A stretch of DNA of 64,000 nucleotides from Methanobacteriota archaeon (GTDB lineage Archaea; Thermoplasmatota; Poseidoniia; Poseidoniales; Poseidoniaceae). A model generated the notes under the pieces. That model did not search any database. It had not been told where the DNA came from and saw nothing but the letters and a program-made list of their open reading frames with translations. The position numbers and the translations under genes are program-made. The stretch spans positions 9,465 through 73,464 of the forward strand of contig JABJMO010000002.1 in assembly GCA_018659375.1 (NCBI GenBank), given 5' to 3'. How positions within the stretch are numbered: position 1 is the first letter of the stretch; each line of letters opens with the position of its first letter. Below, piece after piece: positions 41,245 to 49,582 of this stretch.

Positions 41245-41976
41245 ATGATATTTGATTTCCTCGAGGCGTTTAACGAGAACTCTCTGGTTCTCTATTTGTT
41301 TGTCATAGGTATTGCTTGCGCAGCAGGTGGAATACCGCCTATGATTGAGCGAAATAGGCGAAGAGGGATTGAAAATCAATTACCTGGCCTTCTAGAGTCA
41401 CTGTCTGATGCAGTTGGAGCTGGAAGAGGACTGCAAGAGGCAATGTTAGAACAAGGTAGGAATACTCCCGGTGTTCTTGGTAAACTGCTAACAGAAACAC
41501 TTGAAAGCAGCCACGCATCTTCTTTTGATGCAGCTCTTTCTGCTTTTGCATCCAAAACACGCTCATCTCAAGTACAAAGAGTAGTAGTTTTAATCGATAC
41601 CGCAATGGAACAAGATGCCCCATTGCAGAATATTCTTTCAGATTTGGCAATGGATTATGAGAGGCTTAATGATCTAATGAACAAAAGAGAAACAGAATTG
41701 GCAGGTCGAGGTATTCTGATAATTCTTTTTGTTTGCATAGGATTGCCAGTATTAATCGCTTTCATTGTAGGGCTATTTGCTCCAGCAGCATCAGGGTTTC
41801 AAATAGCCAACTTCAACTCTACATTTTCGACCTTTTTTGCTTTGGCTTCAGCGACTGGAGCTTTAGTTTCAGGAAGGATGATGGGTAGAGCAAGGGATAT
41901 GCTTTGGTGGATTCCCCTTTGGATGTCCACTTCTATGTTGCTATATCTTGGAGCAGTGAAGATGATTGGGGGATGA
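41245..41976 (+). CDS. FlaJ/TadC-like (T2SSF-domain) pilus platform membrane protein, second half
   Basis: An N-terminal TM, then LPGLLESLSDAVGAGRGLQEAMLEQ (T2SSF core), then three TM helices. It starts 1 nt after the previous stop. Confidence 0.6.
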   Translation: MIFDFLEAFNENSLVLYLFVIGIACAAGGIPPMIERNRRRGIENQLPGLLESLSDAVGAGRGLQEAMLEQGRNTPGVLGKLLTETLESSHASSFDAALSAFASKTRSSQVQRVVVLIDTAMEQDAPLQNILSDLAMDYERLNDLMNKRETELAGRGILIILFVCIGLPVLIAFIVGLFAPAASGFQIANFNSTFSTFFALASATGALVSGRMMGRARDMLWWIPLWMSTSMLLYLGAVKMIGG

Positions 41977-41979
41977 AAG

Positions 41980-43218
41980 ATGTCTGAAAAAATAATAGAA
42001 CAATACGGCAGAGTAACGATTTATACCGAACCAAATCATCCGTCACCAATTTATCATGTTGATGGATCAATTGACCCAAATCCATATGGTGATTTAGCAG
42101 TATTGTTGGAAGATGATAACTTAGAAGAAGTCATGTATAATGGTGGTACACAATGCGTCAAAATTGCTCACAGAGACCATGGGATGTGCAGAACTAATGT
42201 GTGGATAGATGATGATAGTGGAATTCAAATAGCAAAAAATATCGCATCGTTTACCAATGTTCCACTAGGAGATGGACCCGGAATGGTGCCAATTTTTGAT
42301 GGCCGCTTGCCAGATGGTTCAAGAGTGAATGGTACCATTCCTCCAATTTCACCGGATGGACCAACATTGACAATTAGAAAGTTTAGAGAAGATCCTCTTA
42401 CTATGTTGGATTTGGTCAAATTTGGCACAGTCAACTCAAGGTTAGCAGCAATGATGTGGGTGTGGATTGAAGGTCTTGATAGCAGGCCAGCAAACTTTGT
42501 GATTGCTGGTGGTACAGGATCAGGAAAAACCACTACGCTAAATTGTCTGGGAATGTATATTCCATGGGACAGAAGGCTCTTGACCGTTGAAGATACTGCT
42601 GAGTTACAAGTTTACCATGACCATTGGTTACGTATGGAAACAAGAAGAGAAAGGCCCGATGGAACTCCTGAAGTAGACATGAATGATTGCCTCCAATCAA
42701 GTCTGCGAATGAGGCCAGACCGAATAATTGTGGGAGAGGTAAGAGGACCAGAAGCCGCGACTTTACTTACTGCCATGAATACCGGACACGATGGCTCTTT
42801 TGGGTCACTGCACGCTAATACTGCCCAAGAAACGGTAACTAGAATGATTAATCCACCAATGCTGGTTCCTCCAATTATGTTGACTGGACTGGACTTGATA
42901 ATTATCCAAGCACGGCTTCATGTTAACGGCAAAACTGCCAGAAAAATAACTGAAGTGGCAGAAGTAGCTGGAATGGAAGGAACGAAACCAAGACTAAACA
43001 TCATTTGGAAATATAATCCTGCTAATGATAGAATTGAGGAAACAGGGATTCCATCTAAGATGCGTGAGACGATTTGCAAAGCAGCAGGAATAACACCAGA
43101 CGTGTTCGAAAAACATGTCTCGCAGCGACAACAAATATTAGAAGATTTGATTAATCGAGATATTAGAGATATACAAACAGTGACGCAAGTTATTCAGAAC
43201 TTTTACGCTACTAGGTAA
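41980..43218 (+). CDS. FlaI/VirB11/CpaF-family type IV pilus/secretion ATPase
   Basis: DGSRVNGTIPPISPDGPTLTIRKF, IAGGTGSGKTT (Walker A), PDRIIVGEVRGPEA (Walker B / Asp box) and TGHDGSFGSLHAN (His box). Confidence 0.85.
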   Translation: MSEKIIEQYGRVTIYTEPNHPSPIYHVDGSIDPNPYGDLAVLLEDDNLEEVMYNGGTQCVKIAHRDHGMCRTNVWIDDDSGIQIAKNIASFTNVPLGDGPGMVPIFDGRLPDGSRVNGTIPPISPDGPTLTIRKFREDPLTMLDLVKFGTVNSRLAAMMWVWIEGLDSRPANFVIAGGTGSGKTTTLNCLGMYIPWDRRLLTVEDTAELQVYHDHWLRMETRRERPDGTPEVDMNDCLQSSLRMRPDRIIVGEVRGPEAATLLTAMNTGHDGSFGSLHANTAQETVTRMINPPMLVPPIMLTGLDLIIIQARLHVNGKTARKITEVAEVAGMEGTKPRLNIIWKYNPANDRIEETGIPSKMRETICKAAGITPDVFEKHVSQRQQILEDLINRDIRDIQTVTQVIQNFYATR

Positions 43219-43220
43219 TG

Positions 43221-45044
43221 TTAGCCTCTTAAACGGGCTAACACATCATCTATATGGTCAATCTTTTCTTTGGCTGATTTCACTCTTTCACCAGCATTAG
43301 TCAACTCATTATCATTTGAAATAATATCTTCAAGTTTATTTTCAGCTTTTGGTTTGAAGTCTTGAGCTAGACTTTTTAATTGAATTATAATCGAATCTAC
43401 TTCACTTTCTGAAACAATAACTCCTGGTGCAATTCTTGGAATCTCACTTGGGGATATAAAGCCTAATTCAGCGCCTATTATTCCTGAACAGGCTAAAATT
43501 TTAGGTCTTAGTTCAGGAGTATTAACCTCATAACCCCTAGATTCAAGGAATCTAATTATCAATGACTGTTGAGAATCATTAAACTCCCCTTCTGAAGTTT
43601 CCATTACAGTTTCAACAAGTTGTTCAAAGCCTACTATATTTTTCTCTAATCTTTCAATAGTTCGTCTCTCTTCCGAACTTATGTGGATTGATCCATGGTG
43701 CAATATCTTTAGCACTCGGTTTCTTCTAGCAATATTAGGGTCTTGCAAACCTTCAACTTCCGCTAATTCGATATGTAAATCAAACAGCGCATGCAGCCTC
43801 CCAGATATACTTGGAATTCTTAAATCAAGACCCATAGACTTTGCAATCTCTTCGAACGCCATTCTTGCTTTCACTAGGTCTCCCTCATGTAAATCAATAG
43901 TGTTAGTCAATTGATCTCTAAGTGAACTTCTTGCATTCTCAAATTGTCTAATAGATTCTCTTTCACGCCACGAATTAGGCATAGCATTTACTGCACTCCT
44001 TTCAGAGTCAATTCTAAATTCAAGTTGCATCACTAAATCGGCTATGTAAGCACGTACTGACTTTACTTCAACAGGAATTCCATGGTTGGATAGGCTATTT
44101 ATGAAAGCTTCTAAGTCATCACTGTTTGAAGCAGAACTTACTGTAAGAAAATCTCTTGCCGAAGCTTCTATTTCAGCAATTCTAGACTCGACTTCAATCA
44201 TTGCAGCCTCTCTTTCGAGGGTGTTTACTTCATTTTCAACTAAAATACTTGGTGGAGTTTGATTCATGGATGGAGTTATCTTTTCGGTCTGTTCAATGAT
44301 GCTTACATTCTTTAGAGCCTCGTCGATACTGGATGATACTTCAATCCTTGAGGTGTCTAGTCCATCATCAGCCAAGCCACTTCTTAATTCCGTCTCGTCT
44401 TCAAATGTCCATCCCTGTGGGTGCTCTTCAATAAATTTAGATACAGTCTCATGAAGTGATTCCGATTCAGATTCTTCGTAATTCTCTAAAGGTGATGGGA
44501 TAACTATCTTTGATTTTGCATTTTCATTATGCCTTTTCAATGATTTTTTTACCTTGCCCCAAGAACCTTGTTGTGAGGCTAGCACACCCGCAACTCTAAC
44601 TAACAGGGTCTGTTTATCGCCCGTTAGCGGCAATTCTAGTGTTTTACACATTGCATGAATATCATTTTTATTCATCTTATCCAAGTTTTCAGTCGTCATG
44701 ATTTTCGGATCTTGGTATAAATGAAGGTATAGCCTTTGTCTCCTTTCTCTAATTGATCCTGACTTTTTAAGGCCAAAAACACCAAGAATTTCTCCTAAAT
44801 GATTGTTTTTAATGGATTTAATATTATTTTCAGACAAGTCCCATTCAGACAAAACTAGATTTTGAATTAATCTCGCTCTCACAATTTCAACAGGACCTTT
44901 CTTGGAAATATCGTTGATTGATGCTACCTCTTTCAATCTATCAAATTTAGCTTGATAGAGTTCGCAAAGCAGGTCTACCTTGTTAATCACCGAATCACCT
45001 TGTGCTTTATGCGTACAAAGCAGTATATGTGGTTTCGCTATCAT
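43221..45044 (-). CDS. Hypothetical 607-aa protein with three N-terminal SAP/HeH-like motifs and a long helical/coiled-coil body
   Basis: N-terminal units ...ISKKGPVEIVRARLIQNL, LGVFGLKKSGSIRERRQRLYLHL and MCKTLELPLTGDKQTLLVRVAGVL resemble SAP motifs (L..L...GL...G.K..L..R). The rest is helical with no catalytic motif. Confidence 0.5.
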   Translation of the reverse strand: MIAKPHILLCTHKAQGDSVINKVDLLCELYQAKFDRLKEVASINDISKKGPVEIVRARLIQNLVLSEWDLSENNIKSIKNNHLGEILGVFGLKKSGSIRERRQRLYLHLYQDPKIMTTENLDKMNKNDIHAMCKTLELPLTGDKQTLLVRVAGVLASQQGSWGKVKKSLKRHNENAKSKIVIPSPLENYEESESESLHETVSKFIEEHPQGWTFEDETELRSGLADDGLDTSRIEVSSSIDEALKNVSIIEQTEKITPSMNQTPPSILVENEVNTLEREAAMIEVESRIAEIEASARDFLTVSSASNSDDLEAFINSLSNHGIPVEVKSVRAYIADLVMQLEFRIDSERSAVNAMPNSWRERESIRQFENARSSLRDQLTNTIDLHEGDLVKARMAFEEIAKSMGLDLRIPSISGRLHALFDLHIELAEVEGLQDPNIARRNRVLKILHHGSIHISSEERRTIERLEKNIVGFEQLVETVMETSEGEFNDSQQSLIIRFLESRGYEVNTPELRPKILACSGIIGAELGFISPSEIPRIAPGVIVSESEVDSIIIQLKSLAQDFKPKAENKLEDIISNDNELTNAGERVKSAKEKIDHIDDVLARLRG

Positions 45045-45140
45045 GTGGCGGATTTTTTTTCGTTTTGCGAGTGTTTTTCATCTCCGCAAAGGTATTGTAT
45101 GGTTGGCCATCAACCAGTAATTAGAGGCTGAAAGCGTCTG

Positions 45141-45725
45141 GTGAATAATTTGAGTCAAAGTTTCAAAGCAGCAAAAAACTCAATTAAAGAGACGCATGCT
45201 CTTCTTGACTCATTAGGAGATATGGTTAGGAATGATTTTAAAAAGAATTTCTCTGGTTTAGAAGAATCACTAAACCAACGCATTGATGACGCTGAGAAGG
45301 CTATCCTAGAATCATCCAAAGCCCGAGAAGCAATGGTCGCAGGTGTTGGCTCTATGAAAAAGTCAATAGAAAAAGCGCAAAGGAAATTTTCCAAGAGCAA
45401 TAATCTTGATGAGTTAAGGCTTACATTAACCGAAATTTTTGAGGATATTGATAGATTAAAATTAGCAAATGACAAGATTTCAGACGATATCTCGCTGGTT
45501 CTTCATCCAAATATGTCTGCAGTTGAGTCGATAGAGCGTTTTGCTTCGGATTTGCAAAGGTTTGCAGGGACCTGGGAGAGGCTCGCAAGAGACATCGATC
45601 AATCGATTACTGATTTATGTGATGATCAAGATCCTTCTGAATTGATTGATTTAGAACAATACATATCCAATCAAGGGTTTGATAAGTTAGTTGGAAGAAG
45701 CGTAAAAAGTGTCGAATCTGAATAA
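45141..45725 (+). CDS. Hypothetical 194-aa helical/coiled-coil protein
   Basis: GTG start. Heptad-like charged helical sequence with no recognisable motif. It is divergent from 43221..45044. Confidence 0.45.
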   Translation: MNNLSQSFKAAKNSIKETHALLDSLGDMVRNDFKKNFSGLEESLNQRIDDAEKAILESSKAREAMVAGVGSMKKSIEKAQRKFSKSNNLDELRLTLTEIFEDIDRLKLANDKISDDISLVLHPNMSAVESIERFASDLQRFAGTWERLARDIDQSITDLCDDQDPSELIDLEQYISNQGFDKLVGRSVKSVESE

Positions 45726-45726
45726 A

Positions 45727-46884
45727 TCATAACTTAAGAATACCTTCTCTGGGTAATTTGTATTCTTCTGGAAGTCCACTAATAAGTCTCTTAAGTTCAT
45801 CGTGGTCCTGTTGTAGTAGTTCTAATAAAAATTTAATTTCAGTGATAAATACATTTTTACCACGGTCATACATATCGTTTTCTAAAGGTTCTATTCTTAT
45901 CATTTCTAGTGAAACATCACCACTATTATCAAGAATTTCAAAGTAAATACAAATTCTTGGACCTTGGATGATATTCTTAGATACATTCCATTTAGTTCTT
46001 GAATCTCTAGATTTCTTGTTACTTGGAATCAAATAATTTTCTCCAATTTTTAACGCATAGGAATCATCGATGAGTTTCACATATTGCTTTAGGATTGTTG
46101 AGAGTTTCTTTTGTTCAACATAAATCCCAGCTATTTGCTTTAAGTTGTCATCTAATGATTCGTAAATTGAATTTTCCACTTCAAAACATAATCTTGCAGA
46201 CTTATCATTAATCCTTTCGATAACATTGGTAGGAAAACCGTTACGGGTTACAAGGATACTAAATCCTTCTAGCGGTGGTGAAATGAATGTAGACCTTTCA
46301 AATTCCTGACTTGGTTTTTCCCTCTGCATTCCCAAAGTATGGCGTCTTAGTCTAGTTTTAGTTTGACTAAATTCGCCTCTAGATATCACATATCCATCAA
46401 TGTCTTCGTCAATTCTTAACTGTTCTAAATTCTCCAAATGTTGATGCTTATCTAATTCGTTAACGGAATAATTTTTATTTGTCGAGTGGAAATAATCATC
46501 TGATGTTTGAACATTTATGTCCTCTCTCATCCTCTTTAATTGTCTAATTATTAACTGATTATCACATATTACAATTGCCTTGTAAGGTAAATACTCTGGC
46601 TTGTCATCAGAAACCAAAACCCATGTTGGCTCTCTTCTAGGCAAAAAAGCTGATATTTTTAGGCCTTCGACATCGTGAGTTTTCCAATCCTTGACACTCA
46701 TTGCTAGAAGGTCACCAGTGCCTTTTTTTAATGATTCAATAGCAACTTCCATGTGTGGTACTTGAGACATTTTGAAATTAAAGAAGTCACGGTTTTTTTC
46801 AATGGCTTTTTCAGTTTGGAGCCGCACTCCATCAAAATTTGATGGAGTCGTTAGAACTTCTAACCTTGGCTTTTCCTCCATCAT
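45727..46884 (-). CDS. Divergent porphobilinogen deaminase (HemC)-like protein, probably non-catalytic
   Basis: [32 protein letters not shown] parallels E. coli HemC [53 protein letters not shown] parallels [37 protein letters not shown]...[17 protein letters not shown] parallels LPAVGQGAVGIECR...[15 protein letters not shown]. The HemC sequence was recalled from memory. Confidence 0.4.
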   Translation of the reverse strand: [385 protein letters not shown]

Positions 46885-46963
46885 TTCACCTCGGCTCAGA
46901 TAACTCCGAACAGCCTATGGGCGTAGACCATTGGTTAAGAAGGGCACCCTATGTGGGTGAAAC

Positions 46964-47941
46964 ATGACGCAAGTTCACCAAGGTGTGGAAGCAAGCCTAA
47001 ATGCTCTACGTCAAAAAATAGATGAGTCTCTAGAGGAGATGATCGCCTCAAGGATAGATTCTGGAGAAGTTGTCGAATTATCTGGTAAGGTATTGCTTGC
47101 TGGTGGAAAACGTTTGAGGCCAATAATGATGTGCTTGTCATATCAAATTGCTGGCGGGGAGGATTTGTCTAAAATCATGCCCCTTGCAATGGCATTTGAA
47201 TTCCTCCATACTGCAACTCTTGTGCACGACGACATAAACGACGGTGCTACTCACAGGCGAGGAGTTCCGACAATCCACGAAACTGCGGGATTGTCTAAAG
47301 CCATAATTGCTGGTGATTGGTTATTTGTCCAAGGTTATGCGCTTGGGGGGCAATATAATCAGGATATTGTGACAAATATCGCCAACTGTTGTTCTAGTAT
47401 CGCAGTATCAGAATTTTCACAAATCGACCATATTCAAAATCTCAGAACTTCTCCAGAAGACTACATTAGCATAGTTAAAGGGAAAACAGCAGGTCCATTT
47501 TCGTCAGGTTGCCGCAGCGCAGGAGTTGTTGCTAAAGCAACAGAAGAACAATTAGACGCATTAGAAGAATTTGGAGTTGAGATAGGTATTGCATATCAAT
47601 TAGTTGATGATTTGTTAGACTTAGTAGGTGATGAGATGATGGGCAAGCCACGAGGATGTGATGTTTTAGAAGGTAAAATGACCTTGCCATTAATACATTC
47701 ACTTACTCTTTCACATGGAAAAGATAGGGAAAGACTCGCAGATATTATCAATAATTTTGATGATTCTCTATTTGATGAACTGATTGATTTACTTACTAAG
47801 TCTGACAGTTTCAATTATACCAAGATATTGATTAGGAATCATTTCGATAGAGCATTAAGGTATCTAGAAATATTCCCCGAATCTAGCGCTAAATCGTTAT
47901 TGCAAACAGTAGCAGAATATTCGACAACTAGGAAATTGTAG
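46964..47941 (+). CDS. Geranylgeranyl diphosphate synthase / trans-polyprenyl diphosphate synthase
   Basis: GGKRLRP, LHTATLVHDDINDGATHRRG (first Asp-rich motif) and AYQLVDDLLDLVGD (second Asp-rich motif). Confidence 0.85.
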   Translation: MTQVHQGVEASLNALRQKIDESLEEMIASRIDSGEVVELSGKVLLAGGKRLRPIMMCLSYQIAGGEDLSKIMPLAMAFEFLHTATLVHDDINDGATHRRGVPTIHETAGLSKAIIAGDWLFVQGYALGGQYNQDIVTNIANCCSSIAVSEFSQIDHIQNLRTSPEDYISIVKGKTAGPFSSGCRSAGVVAKATEEQLDALEEFGVEIGIAYQLVDDLLDLVGDEMMGKPRGCDVLEGKMTLPLIHSLTLSHGKDRERLADIINNFDDSLFDELIDLLTKSDSFNYTKILIRNHFDRALRYLEIFPESSAKSLLQTVAEYSTTRKL

Positions 47942-48022
47942 AATCCGTCTTAGTCGACTATTTCACTGAGTAATGACTATTCTGGCCGGTTGATTCAAGT
48001 TATATGGTGTGTAGGGGACTAC

Positions 48023-48517
48023 ATGGTGACTGACATCTGTGACGAGGATGAAGCAGTCAGCCCTGTGATTGCAACAGTACTATTATTAGCAATAACTGTG
48101 ATGTTGTCCAGCATGGTTTTTGTTATGATGCAAAGCGCTTTGACATCAGTTGAAAAATCAGAACCAGAAATGACTGTCAGCGTGAAGGGCTTGGACAATG
48201 GCTTTCATGTGGTTAGAATAACGAGCTTAGACCAAGCATTAGATCCGGCAAGATTAGAATACCAAATCTATCCTTCGAGTGAACTTAATGCAAATGAATA
48301 CAAAGGTTTCGTCGATGATTCGGACGTATACGGAGTTATTGGTGCTAATATTTCATTCCATGATAGAGATGCGGGTTATTCTGTAACTCAGGGAGATTAT
48401 TTCGTTATAGACTCTGAAACAATAGGTTCGAAAGATGGTACATGGAGTTTCAAACTTATTGATCAAAGTTCCAATACTTTACTATTTGATATTGGACTTA
48501 CCTTCATTGAAGATTAA
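48023..48517 (+). CDS. Archaeal type IV pilin-like protein (class III signal peptide, DUF1628-like)
   Basis: MVTDICDEDEAVSPVIATVLLLAITVMLSSMVFVMM has a short charged leader followed by the [AG]VSPVI...LAITV hydrophobic helix typical of archaeal pilins. ATG 48023 is preceded by GTAGGGGA. Confidence 0.65.
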   Translation: MVTDICDEDEAVSPVIATVLLLAITVMLSSMVFVMMQSALTSVEKSEPEMTVSVKGLDNGFHVVRITSLDQALDPARLEYQIYPSSELNANEYKGFVDDSDVYGVIGANISFHDRDAGYSVTQGDYFVIDSETIGSKDGTWSFKLIDQSSNTLLFDIGLTFIED

Positions 48518-49545
48518 CCACCAATAAAATGCATTTCTACAGGCATTGGATTATTAGTTAATTTCCCTCTTATCTCAGAATACCGATCTGTTCGCTTTTC
48601 CCAGATTGCTTTGACTGCTAATCCAATGTCTTCTTTGTCTGCACTTAAATCAAACAAAGATTTCAAATCATTACCCTTGCTGGCAAATAGACAAGTGTAC
48701 ATATTGCCATTTGCTGAAATCCTTGCTCTTGTACAAGATGAACAAAAAGGGCTCGATACAGATTCTATAAACCCTATTGCATAGCCGTCTTTTAGTCTCC
48801 AATAATTGGAAACTTCACCATAATAACCGCTTTCATTCGCACTCACATTACCGAAATGTTCAATGATAACATCTCTGATTTCTTGACCTGTTACAACTTG
48901 GTCATAATTCCAATTTTTAGTACCACCTACATCCATATATTCAATGAATCTGATTGGTATATTCATTGAGTGAAAAGTTCTTACCAATGGAATTATCTGG
49001 TCTTCATTATAATTTTTTATAATTACTGTATTTACTTTGACAGGTAATCCAGCATTGATGGCTGCTGAAATACCAGATAGGATATGTTCCGGAGTTATGT
49101 CGGTGCTTGATAGTTTTCTAAATAAATCGGCTTCAATAGCATCTAGGCTTACAGTGACTCGATTAAGTCCGGCTTGAGATAAATTATTTGCATATTTACC
49201 AAGTAAAGTTCCATTTGTTGTCATCGCTATATCAAGTTCTGAATCCAAATTCCTAATCATTGAAATTAACGAGCATATGTCCTTTCTCAGCAAAGGTTCT
49301 CCCCCGGTGATCCTAACTTTTTTTAGACCTAGTTTCAACATAGACTCAACAATTATGGTTATCTCCTCAAACGATAAAATTTCAGATTTCGGCAAAAAGT
49401 TATGATCATGTCCATAGTTTTCAATCGGCATACAATAATCACACCTAAAATTACAACGATCAGTTACCGAGATGCGAAGATCTTGTAGGGGTCTTCCTAA
49501 ACCATCTTCGGTCATATTGCAAACTAGTGGATTGAGGTTATTCAA
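48514..49545 (-). CDS. moaA: GTP 3',8-cyclase MoaA (molybdenum cofactor biosynthesis, radical SAM)
   Basis: LRISVTDRCNFRCDYCMP (CxxxCxxC), VRITGGEPLLR, and the C-terminal second cluster CSSCTRARISANGNMYTCLF with a GG end. Confidence 0.9.
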   Translation of the reverse strand: MNNLNPLVCNMTEDGLGRPLQDLRISVTDRCNFRCDYCMPIENYGHDHNFLPKSEILSFEEITIIVESMLKLGLKKVRITGGEPLLRKDICSLISMIRNLDSELDIAMTTNGTLLGKYANNLSQAGLNRVTVSLDAIEADLFRKLSSTDITPEHILSGISAAINAGLPVKVNTVIIKNYNEDQIIPLVRTFHSMNIPIRFIEYMDVGGTKNWNYDQVVTGQEIRDVIIEHFGNVSANESGYYGEVSNYWRLKDGYAIGFIESVSSPFCSSCTRARISANGNMYTCLFASKGNDLKSLFDLSADKEDIGLAVKAIWEKRTDRYSEIRGKLTNNPMPVEMHFIGG

Positions 49546-49582
49546 TTATCTTACAAGCATTGATGTTTAATGAGTTCCACGG

